DNA of 64,000 nucleotides from Pyrinomonadaceae bacterium. GTDB taxonomy: Bacteria; Acidobacteriota; Blastocatellia; Pyrinomonadales; Pyrinomonadaceae. This document shows positions 20,287-31,000 of this stretch, one piece after another. Every line of letters begins with the position of its first letter. Within the stretch, counting starts at the first letter, position 1. The notes beneath the pieces were generated by a model. That model made no database searches and was not told where the DNA came from. It worked only from the letters and a program-made list of their open reading frames with translations. The position numbers and the translations under genes are program-made. Where the stretch lies: assembly GCA_040080065.1 (NCBI GenBank), contig JBEBJB010000028.1:1495-65494 (forward strand), written 5' to 3'.

Positions 20287-20326
20287 ACTTGCACTTTTTT
20301 CTTTTTCCTTTTACCTTTCTTAGTAA

Positions 20327-20403
20327 GGGGATGTAGCTCAGTTTGGCAGAGCGCTGCGTTCGCAATGCAGAGGTCGGGAGTTCGATCCTCCTCGTCTCCA
20401 CCA
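20327..20403 (+). tRNA. tRNA-Ala (anticodon CGC), CCA encoded
   Basis: GGGGATGTAGCTCAGTTTGGCAGAGCGCTGCGTTCGCAATGCAGAGGTCGGGAGTTCGATCCTCCTCGTCTCCACCA. Cloverleaf folds by hand, with the G3:U70 Ala identity pair and anticodon loop TTCGCAA. Confidence 0.9.
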
Positions 20404-20417
20404 CTCATATCAAAAAG

Positions 20418-20451
20418 CGACGGCCGCCTGAAAGTGGGCGGCCTCGTTTTG
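20418..20451 (+). terminator. intrinsic terminator after tRNA-Ala
   Basis: ggccgcc tgaaagtg ggcggcc stem-loop followed by tcgttttgtt. Confidence 0.6.
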
Positions 20452-20520
20452 TTCCTCAAATGACTGTTTTTTACCGCCCCCAGTTTTTGAATAATCTTGG
20501 CGCGGACAAAATTTGCGTCA

Positions 20521-20546
20521 AAAAGTGTGAAACGTTTCACACTTTT
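20521..20546. promoter_or_regulatory. perfect 26-bp palindrome containing TGTGA-N6-TCACA (CRP/FNR-type or LacI/Cra-type operator)
   Basis: aaaagTGTGAaacgttTCACActttt. The identical 16-bp core recurs at 41668-41683. Confidence 0.45.
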
Positions 20547-20691
20547 TGTAATATGCCCTGTTTATCGGACAAATATTCGCGCAATGGCTTGATTGGTCGA
20601 ACGGATCGGCGCCGTTTTGGGGCAATAACAGGTGGTTTGGTAGAGTTATCTCGATGATTGGTCGAACGTTTTCGGGGATTTTAACTTTGAC

Positions 20692-20850
20692 CTATTTGGC
20701 CAAGTCTCGACCGTCGTCTCGCAGGGGGAGTTTCTCGACCCTTACCGAGTTTTCGAGGTCAGAAGACTGGAGAGCAACTGCCAATTCCCATAGCTGATCC
20801 AGCTCGATCATTCGCTGGGTCACGGCTTCTTTCGACATATCAACCTTCAT
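20692..20850 (-). CDS. hypothetical 52-aa protein, translationally coupled to the upstream nucleotidyltransferase-fold gene
   Basis: Own translation: MKVDMSKEAVTQRMIELDQLWELAVALQSSDLENSVRVEKLPLRDDGRDLAK. Its ATG overlaps the upstream stop (ATGA). Below the ORF-track length cutoff. Confidence 0.3.
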   Translation of the reverse strand: MKVDMSKEAVTQRMIELDQLWELAVALQSSDLENSVRVEKLPLRDDGRDLAK

Positions 20851-21308
20851 TTGCCTACTCCCCTCAGAAACTCCAGATCGATCAGATCTTTCGGCCGTCG
20901 GGCTCGCTCCTTCATGTCTATCATACCTTGCGTGTCAACCACGCGGTATTCGCCGTTATTCCATTTCACCAACCTTCTGCCACGCCAGGCACTCTCATAG
21001 ACCTCGGTCGCGAGAATCATATCGAGCGTGATCAGCGTTTTCGTTTTGGAATCTATCTTCGAAAGGCGCCTGATCAAAGTTTTGCCGCCGTCGAAATTCA
21101 GCGGTAGGCCATCGATATCAAATCCAAGGTCGATCGCTATTGTTTTTACATTTTCAAGATCCTCAGCGAGTATCAGAATATCAATATCGGTTGTTGCCCG
21201 CAGGAAACCATGGATAGCCATCGCCCAACCGCCGCAGACGGCATAGTCGATCTTTCGCACATTTAGAGCGTTGACGATCCGAACGAATTCTTCGAGCAGC
21301 GAGGCCAT
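20847..21308 (-). CDS. nucleotidyltransferase-fold protein (minimal NTase, TA/Abi-like)
   Basis: 153 aa. DYAVCGGWAMAIHGFLRATTDIDILI is a GG...TxDxD NTase signature. Confidence 0.55.
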   Translation of the reverse strand: MASLLEEFVRIVNALNVRKIDYAVCGGWAMAIHGFLRATTDIDILILAEDLENVKTIAIDLGFDIDGLPLNFDGGKTLIRRLSKIDSKTKTLITLDMILATEVYESAWRGRRLVKWNNGEYRVVDTQGMIDMKERARRPKDLIDLEFLRGVGK

Positions 21309-21380
21309 ATCTAACGTATATCCTAAGAACTCCTTCGAGTGAATTGCAAATCACGCGCTTCGGGAGCAAGGTCTGAGTCG

Positions 21381-23258
21381 CTACTTCCTCTTTTTACGGA
21401 TCTTCGATTCCGGTTCTTCGACTGGGACGTCTTTCAATATTCTTCCGACCGGATAAATTCCGACCTTCTGATTCAAAAAATAAGGCGAGCGTTCGTAAAA
21501 GAATCTGAGCCTCGCCTGTGGGCTGCGGGCGAAGGTGGGTTCGAGGAGATTGCGGTCGAATTCTTCTTGCAGCTTTGGGTCTTTGGCGAGCATTTCGCGG
21601 GCTAGTTTTTCGAGGATGTAGCCTTCGCCGTATTCTTTTTGTTCGAAGATCGCGTTAAAAAATCCCCAGTAGAGAAACGAATCGGGGCCGTTTGGTTCGA
21701 GCAGATGGATCGCGACGGCGGCGGCTTCCTGGTCGAGGCGGATGATGATCGAACCGGCCAGAAATGTCCGTGTTTCTCTGTACGGAGTCTGCTTTGCGGT
21801 CAAAGTAACGCGGTTTTCGAAGGACGTTGGCGACCATTTTGGTTCGGTGAGTTTGTAACTTTCGACCTCGATCGTCAGCGGTTTTTTCAGGCGGTCGAAT
21901 TTGAGGCCGTGGGCGGTGATGACGTCGATCACATCCTTGTATTGCGGCGGAATGATATACGCGAGCGGCGGTGCGACCGACGCGGTTACTTTACCCTCGT
22001 CAAATTTTGGGATCTTGATATTGAGCGGAGCGGTGCCATAGACGATGCGTTTTGTGTTCGAGATCGTGCTGTCTTCGAGCTTATACTCGGTGCCTTTGAA
22101 ATTGATCTGCGTCGCTTTTTCCGTAACGCCGAGCTTGAGCGGGAATTGGCGTTTGTCGTCGTACATTTTGCCGCGCTCGACGCTTTGGGTGTCGGCGGTT
22201 ACGTTAGCGATGAAAAGGCTGGATTTCGCCTTTGCAACTTCTTCGATCGTGTATCGCAAAATATCGTAAGTGCCACGAACCCGCGACTTATACGGTTTGT
22301 AAACGTGCGTTTCGATCAATAATCCGGCACGGTTCCTGAGCGGCGCGTAGCCCGTCGCGTATCGCGGTGTGGCGATGAATGTCGCGACACCGCTCGTTAC
22401 TTCACGGCCGGCGAACTCGACGTAGTGCGTCATCAGATTGCCTTCTTTCTCGACCAGCGGGACGACGTTACCGTCAAAATGCTCGTCCATCCATGATTTG
22501 ATCGAGGGCGAAACTTCCTGAAAGTGGGCGTATTCGTATGTCAGGTTGTACTGAAACTCGGCGCCGTCGGTAACGTGGCAATCGATGAAAAGGTCGGGCT
22601 TCCATTCATTCCAGAGGTTTAGCCACGCGCGGGTTTCCGGCGCATTGGCTTTCATGTAATCACGGTTGAGATTGAGGTTGTTGGCATTACCGCGAAAACC
22701 CATTTCGTCGGGGCCGTTCTGGTTGATCCGCATGTACGGATTGAAATTCTCGTGGCCGTCGACGTTGTAGATCGGAATGAAAAGAATGATCGCGTCCTTC
22801 AGTAGATCGATCCGTGTTTTGGTGATCGCTATATCGCGAAGCAGTGCGAGCCCGGCGTCTTTGCCGTCGATCTCGCCGGCGTGGATGCCCGCCTGGATAA
22901 AGACAATCGGGCGGCCCGTTTTCTTCGCCCACTTCGGTGAAAACGCATTATCCCTCGCCGCTATCAGAAGTGGAATATCCCGGCCTTCGCCGCTTTTCCC
23001 AATGGACCGATAGCTAATAAGGGCGGAGGCTTTATCGAGCCGCTTTGCGTACGCTATTGTTTCGTCATATCGCCAGGTCTGTTTGTAATCGGTCGATTCG
23101 GCCCTGGTCTGCCATTCCGGTGGAATGGCGCCGGCGTCGCTTTGAGTGAACACGGATGATGATGCCAATAGAAACAGCAAAAAGCTGTTGACGATCGGCC
23201 TTATTACAGAAAGAGAGCCATGTAAAACTTCACGGTAAACCATGGCTCGATTATACAA
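21381..23258 (-). CDS. M14 family zinc carboxypeptidase, secreted
   Basis: 625 aa. IQAGIHAGEIDGKDAG (HxxE zinc ligands) and a signal-like N-terminus. Exact start uncertain (several Met). Confidence 0.75.
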   Translation of the reverse strand: MYNRAMVYREVLHGSLSVIRPIVNSFLLFLLASSSVFTQSDAGAIPPEWQTRAESTDYKQTWRYDETIAYAKRLDKASALISYRSIGKSGEGRDIPLLIAARDNAFSPKWAKKTGRPIVFIQAGIHAGEIDGKDAGLALLRDIAITKTRIDLLKDAIILFIPIYNVDGHENFNPYMRINQNGPDEMGFRGNANNLNLNRDYMKANAPETRAWLNLWNEWKPDLFIDCHVTDGAEFQYNLTYEYAHFQEVSPSIKSWMDEHFDGNVVPLVEKEGNLMTHYVEFAGREVTSGVATFIATPRYATGYAPLRNRAGLLIETHVYKPYKSRVRGTYDILRYTIEEVAKAKSSLFIANVTADTQSVERGKMYDDKRQFPLKLGVTEKATQINFKGTEYKLEDSTISNTKRIVYGTAPLNIKIPKFDEGKVTASVAPPLAYIIPPQYKDVIDVITAHGLKFDRLKKPLTIEVESYKLTEPKWSPTSFENRVTLTAKQTPYRETRTFLAGSIIIRLDQEAAAVAIHLLEPNGPDSFLYWGFFNAIFEQKEYGEGYILEKLAREMLAKDPKLQEEFDRNLLEPTFARSPQARLRFFYERSPYFLNQKVGIYPVGRILKDVPVEEPESKIRKKRK

Positions 23259-23273
23259 CTGAAACGGCCGGAG

Positions 23274-24059
23274 CTATTTCTCTACACTCAAATAGAGAAA
23301 GATACCGCGTTCGCCGCGGCTCGGGCCGACGCCGAGCGGAATGCCGATACCGGGCACGATCTGGAGTCCGTTCTTCATATTCCATGCCCAACGGATAGCC
23401 GGATTGATGAGCAGGCTGTATTCGGATTCGGTGCGGTTGCGGCCGATAACCTTTTCGTTGTAGTTCCAAACCGTTTCTACGAGGACGTTAAAGTTCGTTT
23501 TGGCGAGGAAAACGGTACTTTGGCCGAGGTTGAATCCCTTGGTGTTTACCTTCTCGCCGGTAATACTTCGAGCTTTGGGGATGAAAGTCGTGCCAGCGTT
23601 CCAGTGAGTGACGAACTTTTTGGAATGCGTAACAGAAACGGGAAGATTGAACTGAAAACCTAACGCACCGCTGCCGGTCTCGCGGCGATAGCTGCCGGTT
23701 GGCAGGATAAGCGAAAAACGCGGTGCGACCGCGATCTTGTCCTCTTCCTTCAGCCCGGCCATCTGATAGCGATAATTGATGTAGGTATCGCCGAAACGGG
23801 TGGTGCCGTCGTTCCGGTTTACGTTGATCGTGTAGCTGAACTGATGCTGCTGCTTCTTGATCGGCATTTCGTTCGTAAAGCTGTAGACGAAATTGCCGCC
23901 GCGTTCGCGGTGGAAAGTTCGGATGTACTGGATGACGCCTTTTTCCTGGTTATACGCTTCTTCCAGCAGAAAGCTATTGTCCTCGATTGGGCCTTGAGCG
24001 CTGATCGCAATAGCTCCCAGCAGCAGGGCGAATGCAAGTTGTATTGTTTTCATTTCCAA
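23274..24059 (-). CDS. outer-membrane beta-barrel transporter-like protein (MetA-pathway/phenol-degradation-like family)
   Basis: 261 aa. Signal peptide ending AISAQG, alternating beta-strand pattern, aromatic C-terminal region. Confidence 0.5.
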   Translation of the reverse strand: MEMKTIQLAFALLLGAIAISAQGPIEDNSFLLEEAYNQEKGVIQYIRTFHRERGGNFVYSFTNEMPIKKQQHQFSYTINVNRNDGTTRFGDTYINYRYQMAGLKEEDKIAVAPRFSLILPTGSYRRETGSGALGFQFNLPVSVTHSKKFVTHWNAGTTFIPKARSITGEKVNTKGFNLGQSTVFLAKTNFNVLVETVWNYNEKVIGRNRTESEYSLLINPAIRWAWNMKNGLQIVPGIGIPLGVGPSRGERGIFLYLSVEK

Positions 24060-24087
24060 GCATTGTCCTACGGGCGGCGGTCGTTGG

Positions 24088-24747
24088 TCAATTTCGGCTT
24101 GTGCGTTTGTAATTTGTTACGGGATTAGGGATTCCAATGCCTGGTTTTGATCGCTCATCTGTGATCGGTTCTCCGGTTTCGAGCGACATCGGCAGCACAC
24201 CTGCCCAGACGTCGAGCGCGTAATCCTTGTCGTCATCGACCGGCGGGCCGGTGCGAATTTTGGCGGAGGCCTCGGTTATCGGCAGTCTCAGAACGCTCGT
24301 CGCTTTTAGTTCAAGTTCGGTCGGCGGCCGCACCTCGGCCCATCGGCCGGGAATTATTTGTTCTGAGATCGCGAAGAGAGCCTTATTTTTCTCGTCAGCA
24401 TCGGTAACCAGTTCCGCCTTGCCGAGAATAACGACGGAGCGGTAGTTCATCGAGTGATGAAAAGCCGAACGCGCGAGGACGAGGCCGTCGAGGATCGTTA
24501 TGGTTACGCAAACGTCCATGCCGCCGCTCAGATTTCTGAGCATCCTGCTCGCGGCTGAGCCGTGAATATACAGGTTGTCGCCGATTCGCCCGTATCCAGT
24601 GGGAATCACATACGGCTGGCCTTCGACGGTGAATCCCACATGGCAGATAAAGGCGTCGTCAAGGATCGAATTTATCGTCTCACGTTCGAAATGTCCGCGT
24701 TTTGGTATACGTTTTAATCGCGTCTTCGGGGTCTCTGGAATATTCAT
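24088..24747 (-). CDS. pyridoxamine 5'-phosphate oxidase-family FMN-binding protein
   Basis: Start at MNIPETPKT (ATG at 24747). INSILDDAFICHVGFTVEGQPYVIPTGYGRIGDNLYIHGSAASRM is the typical Pyridox_ox_2 split-barrel pattern. Confidence 0.75.
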   Translation of the reverse strand: MNIPETPKTRLKRIPKRGHFERETINSILDDAFICHVGFTVEGQPYVIPTGYGRIGDNLYIHGSAASRMLRNLSGGMDVCVTITILDGLVLARSAFHHSMNYRSVVILGKAELVTDADEKNKALFAISEQIIPGRWAEVRPPTELELKATSVLRLPITEASAKIRTGPPVDDDKDYALDVWAGVLPMSLETGEPITDERSKPGIGIPNPVTNYKRTSRN

Positions 24748-25018
24748 CGTGTTCAATGTTAGCGCGAAGCGTCGAATTTTTTCGAAGCGCCGCGAGAAAA
24801 CTCTCACTCGGCACGACCGAATCGTTGCTGAACTCATTCGGGAGCACTCAGCAAGCCTTTAAGTCTCCTAAACACAATAGTTGCAAAAACCAGTGGAATG
24901 CCGCGCAAACGGCACGGCGATTGCGCGCTTAAATGAGTGATTATGTATTTCGATCTCTATCTAAGCTCTCGTTTTGCGCCCGGTATCGGGCATTTCCTCA
25001 TGGAATGAGGGAGGTATT

Positions 25019-28000
25019 ATGAAAGCCACACGTCTACTCAGCAGTTTTCTCTCGATACTTATTGCTTACTCTTTAGTTGTTACCTCCGCGGTTAAGATCC
25101 CTCCGGAACCCGCTCGTTCGATAATTCAGGAATCTGCACCTACGGCCGGCGAACTTCTTATGATGGAAGAGCCGGCCGAGCTATTTCCGGGCTCCAACGG
25201 GCCGTTTCAGGAAGGCATCGATGCCGCGACAAAGAACTTCTTGAAGGGACTTTCCGGAACGCGCCTCGAGGTCGCGATGAGCGTGATCCAGACCGTAAAC
25301 AAGGCCGGCGGTAAAGTGGTTTTTGTCGGAAGCTGGATAAGCGGGAAGAATTTTGCCGATCCGCTACTTGGCGGAACGTCGGATTTCGACATGCGCGTGG
25401 TTTTCGATGGCAGTGAGGACCTCGCTAAGGCGAAATACAACCAGCTGCGACGCGAGATCACAAACCAGATCAATCAGCGTTTTGGCGCCGACGCCGCAAA
25501 GATATTGAAAAGCACGAATGTTTATCCGCCCGAAGTGATCCTCGAGGGCATCGATGATGCCGAAGAAGCATTGCAAAAACTAATGGATAAGGGCATCAAT
25601 CCTAATCTCGGCGGAGCCAGTACTGAAGGTCTATGGGGAAAGGGAGCGAAGGCTTTTCGCGATGCTTATGAAGCACAGGCAGGACGCGTGATCTGGAAAG
25701 AAGGAAACACGATCCGTTCCGGGCTCGCTGATCTGCTGCCGGCGTTAGAGAGCGCCGGGGTCTATACGATCGACGGAGCGGGAAATACTTCGCTGCAGTT
25801 CGTCGAAAAGATCGAGGATGCACTAAAAGCGGGCGATACGAAAAGTGCGGCAAAGAGCCTCGACCGCCTTCGAAAAATGATGAGAAAAGGCCGGGATCTG
25901 GGCCGGTTTGGCGAGGCGACCTATCTCGATGACATTTTGCGGGAATGCTGCCAGTCTTTGCAGCTCGTCAATGGCAAAGAGGCGCTTGTGATCGATCTCA
26001 AAAAGGCTGCTGAGGAGCTTGCAAAACCAAGCGTAAGAGAAGGCCTGGGAAACAGTCTTCGCCGGGCGAAGATCGAGGCCGAGCTGCTCATAAAATTCGC
26101 TTCTGAGACCAATCCGCAGACGCTCCAAGCCATCCGGGAAATGCTTCAGGCCGGCTCAGGCAAGTGGAAGCGGGTGATGGAAGCCTTTCTTCACTACGGA
26201 GGACGAGTAGCGGAGATCGGAGGTAAAGTTCGTTGGGACCTCGCGTTGAAAGGGTTCTTCGGCTTTCTAATGGTTTTGCAGGCTAAGGATTACCTGAAGA
26301 AAGCCACGCAGGGAGATCTCGAAGGGCTCGTCCAGAATATACTCCTTGATGCGACCTTTATGGTCTCGTCGAAATTTGTGATCGGGTTTGTGCCATTGAT
26401 ATTGAAGGCGATCATGGATGACGCGATCGCGGCTGGCTACAACATAGTCACGGCCCAGCAGGAATGCCGGGATCTGATCGCGGGAATTTATGAGGTCAAG
26501 GGCCGCGAATCGCTCGATGTGAATCAACGCACCGAACGGAGCATCGAGCAACTCGCTACGTTATATACAGAGGAATCCAAAGTACTCGAGGTCGTTGCCG
26601 TACACGCCAGAAATGCGTCCGTTAGAAATAATAAAGCCGACCCTGAGATCGAGAGCATTCTCAACGACAAATGCGGCCCTGAGATCGTCAGCCGATGGCG
26701 AACGCGCCGGATCGAACTGATCGCGGACGCAATTGATGTGTTGAAGAAAGTTGAGAGCGATTTCAACGCGAGCATGCTGATCGCAAACGCGGAACCTGAC
26801 GAAGTGACGCTTATTCCGGATCAGGAAAGCGAAGTCAACGTAAAAGCGACCTTCGAGGGAAGTACTCAAAATATTCAGAAAGGCCTCGCGGAATTTGATA
26901 AGCGGATGCGGCTGCTCGGCGGCCAGGACAAACTGGTTGCCGTTGAGGTCACGCAGGTATATCGCTGGAAACCATTCAATCTAACTGAGGAAGAGAGTTG
27001 GTCACCTGTATTTCCGGTCTTCGCACCGGAAAAAGCGGCGAGAAAATTCAAATTTACCGGAGATACGATAAAGATCCTCCGATTTGAGTACGAATTGAAC
27101 ATCGACGTAAAAACCATCGCCGATGACGTACTGAGTGCCAAATCAGAACTCGATAAACAGCTAACTAAATCGGTTCCCTTCAATATCATCGTTCATCGGC
27201 AATCGGGCGAGCTAGATATTGGCGTTTCACCTAACCCGGAACCCGAAAAGACTATAACGCTGACCGCGATCCTCGATGACGAGCTGAAGAAGATCAAAGA
27301 CCGCCGACTTGCATGGACCGACCTGACAGTCGGCGGCAGCCCGAAAGCGGGCGATTCGTTCTCTTTCACGCTCCCGGAAAACAGTTCCAAAAACGTACGC
27401 CTCGAAGCGTTTGCCAAGGTGAACGGCGTCGAGGTGAGGATCGCTCAAGCTGAAAAGGCTGTGAGCGTTGGTAAAAAAGTCACGAAACCATCGCCCACTC
27501 CGACGCCCGCAGATCAGGTGGTCGATACGCGAAAGCTGATGTTCGCGGGATCCGTTCCGGGAATCTGGGATGGAGGAAACAATGCTCAGGGTTTTGATCT
27601 GGCCCGACAGCACGCGAAAACCAAAACGCCCGGCGAATGCCAATGGGAAGCTCAGGTGCATTCCGAGGTGTGGGGAAGGATAAACCCGTCATTTGCTCCT
27701 CGAACGGCGGCCGAGCTAGCCCAAAAGATCGATGATCTTGTTGCTGACGCTAAGCGTTGGGGATTTACGCTGAAGGTTCGAAGCTACGCAATCGGCGACT
27801 TCAAGGGACAATTTGTCGATTCGTCAGTCAAGTTCTCTAATGGCGCATGGGTTGGATATGGGTACAACGCAGACGGCGTGCAAGCTTATGGCCGCGGTTG
27901 GGCGATCAAGGGACGGGATGTCGTTGAGGTCGGTTATAACGCCGGCGGCTCAGGATGCTGGACGAACGTTGATCGCGGTTTTCTCGAAGCTCACACCGCA

Positions 28001-31000
28001 TCCGCTCAGTCAGAAGCGATCGGGATCGTGAACAGTCTCGCGCTCGTTGAGAAAGGTGAATTCAAGAAAATACCTTATACCGGGCCGAAACTCGATGGTT
28101 CGGATCTGCCGAAGGTGACGTTTTCGCCGCCTTCGCTCGAAAAGCTGAAGGTCGGGGAATCCGCTCGTGTGACGGTGATGGTCGAGAATGCCAAAGCGGA
28201 AGATTCGCCGTTCAAATACGGCTGGGGTGGTGTTTTCGAAGGGAAACCGGAAACCTCGCGAGATGTTGCAACGGTTACCGTCAAGGCTGCAAAGCCCGGC
28301 AAGTTCCCTCTGTCAGTTGGCGTCGAGGGAAACAGGTACTTTCTCGGCTCCGCTTATCTAGAATACGAAGTAGCCGACTATAAGGCAATCATCAAGCAGG
28401 ACAAGCCGAACACGCGAAAGGTTGCGGTCGGCACGCCGGTAATATTTTCAGCTCAGGTACTCTCAAGCGGAGCTCCGGCGACAGGCAATTTTGTCTATCA
28501 GTGGCAGCCGAATCCCGAAGTCACATTCGATCCGGTCGAAGGCCCGAAAAATACGGCGATCGCAACGTTTAACCGTCCAGGCCTGACGAAGGTCTGGGTC
28601 GAGGTCTTTGAAAAAAAGGGCCAGGTTCTCGTGCCCCTCGCCGAAGCCGATCAAATAGAGGTTGAGGTCGTAAATCCGGATCTGAAAGTGGTATTCACAC
28701 CTGAAAAGGGCTTTATCGGTAAAGAGGTAAAAGTCCGCGTCGAGGTTACGCCGCCAGAGTTGAAAGACATCGACTTTCGCTGGCAAATTACCGCAAATGG
28801 CAGACTGACGTTCGAATCTCAGGATAAACGTGAGATCACGTTCATTCCACAGAATGCAGAGCCTGTGACGGTAATGGTCAGAGCTCGCGTTCAGGGTAAA
28901 GGCGACGATTTTGGCGAGAAATCGGGCACTTTTACGGCAGAAAAATACGATGTAAAGGTCAACGTTCTCGGTCCGGAAGGCCCGAAACCGCAGATCTGGA
29001 GGGAAGGCGTTGGGCTGGTGCCGCTGGAGAAGGGAATTGCCGTTCATCAGTTCGTCGGAATGCGTGCTGAGGTTACGCCAGCGGTGGAGGGAGCAAGATA
29101 TGAATGGTCCGTTAACGAAGACACGCATTTCGAGAGCAACAATATTTCTCAGCAGATCAGGCTGTCACGCAGCCAGGTCGGCACCGGCATCGCGACGGTA
29201 ATTGTTCGTGATATGAACGGTATCGAACTCGGTCGGGCGAGCAATTCGTTTGATGTCTCGGTTTCACAGGCAGATCTGGATAAGCGGCCAAAGGCCACTC
29301 CGACCCCAACTCCGAGGCCGACGCCAAAACCGACGCCTGTTACGATTCCTTCGTCGAAATTTGCCACGAGGCTCATCCAGGGCGAAGCAATGTCAGGCGA
29401 AGCGCGGGAGACGCAAGGGCCGAGAGGTAACAAGTCCTGGCCGTTTACGCTGCGGATAACCAGCTACGATCCCGCGACAGGCTCTGTCGAAGGCGAGATC
29501 TCGTGGCCGAGCCTGCAATCGGTGCATCGGGTTCGCGGCAATTTCTCGGGAAACACATTAGAGCTTACGGAGAAGGAAGCGATAAAAGCAGGCCAGGCTC
29601 ACTTGAATGTCGACTACACGATAAATGTTACTGACAGCGGAGCAACAGGCACGTACAGCGACCATGCTGACAATACCGAAGGCTCGGTCAGAATGCCCGC
29701 GACGAGCGAAACGGGCACGGGCAATCCTGCCGCAACCGCTATCAAACAGGGCGATACGCTCTACGACAACGGAAAATATCAACAGGCAATAGACGCCTAC
29801 AACGATGCTCTTTCGTCGGATCCGAATTCTGCAGCGGCTTATGCCGGTCGCTGTCTTGCCAAGCGCAGCCTACAGGATAGTGCTGGAGCTTTGGCGGACT
29901 GCAATCAGGCACTCAAGCTCGATCCGAACAACGCGAGTGCGTATCGCGGAAGGAGCATGATCAAACGGGGTAATAATGACTTCAATGGAGCGGTGGCGGA
30001 CGCGACGCGGGCTATTCAGATCGATCCTAACGATTATAAATCATATCTAACACGCGGACTCGCAAAGGACGCACTGAAAGACTACGCCGGAGCTGCCGCT
30101 GACTACGATCGTTCACTCCAGATAAATCCAAATTACCCGAACGGCTATTCCTACCGCGGTCTGACGAGGATTAATCTCGGTGACAATCGCGGAGCGCTAT
30201 CCGATCTCGACAAGTATATCTCGATGAATCCGTCGAGCAGTTCGGCGTTTAATAATCGTGGGCTGGCCAAGGAGCGGCTGGGTGATATTCCGGGAGCTGT
30301 CGCGGATTATGAAAAGGCGATTGCACTCGACCCAAAGAATGAGACGGCGAGGAGGAATCTTGCCACTCTAAAAGGTAAATCTACAGGCTCTCCGAAGGCC
30401 GGTTTGTATCGCATTGATGGCAGCGGAGTCACTTTTGAGTTATCTGCCATAACTCCGAACACCATGAGAGTCCGTCAATGGCAGACGATGACGCCCGAAC
30501 CGCCGGAAAGGGGCGGCAGTTACTACAACGCCGGAACCGCTACTTTGCTTGGCGACGGCATTACATGGCGAACGAAAAATCGTGACGTTGAGGGATACTG
30601 CTGTGGCAACAATGTCGAATTCGAGTTTCAATTCCTCTCTCCAACAAGCTTTAAGGGCATCCGTTACCGATTATGGCCATTGGGCAGCCCGTCACCGGGA
30701 GCGAATGATTCCTGGCAGGCTCATCCGCCCGACGAATTTCGGTTGGTCGGAAACGTGCCGAATTCGACAGTGATTTTGCCCACCGCAACGCCGATTACTG
30801 TCTCGTCGGCCACGACAGAAACGGTCATTTTCAAGAACACAAATATCGGCGGAGTAAATAACGGGCCGACGGCTGCGACTCAGTTCACGATATCGACTCC
30901 GCATATGATCACATATGTTTTTACGTATCACTGGAACGATGGCCGCGGAGCCGTTCGTCCCGGCACGATCTCGCTGCGGAGGTCAGACGGTACGATCTAT

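Noticed and set aside
28463-29128. 221-aa minus-strand ORF inside the giant gene
   Set aside because: Antisense to a region with clear Ig-like repeat coding signal on the plus strand.
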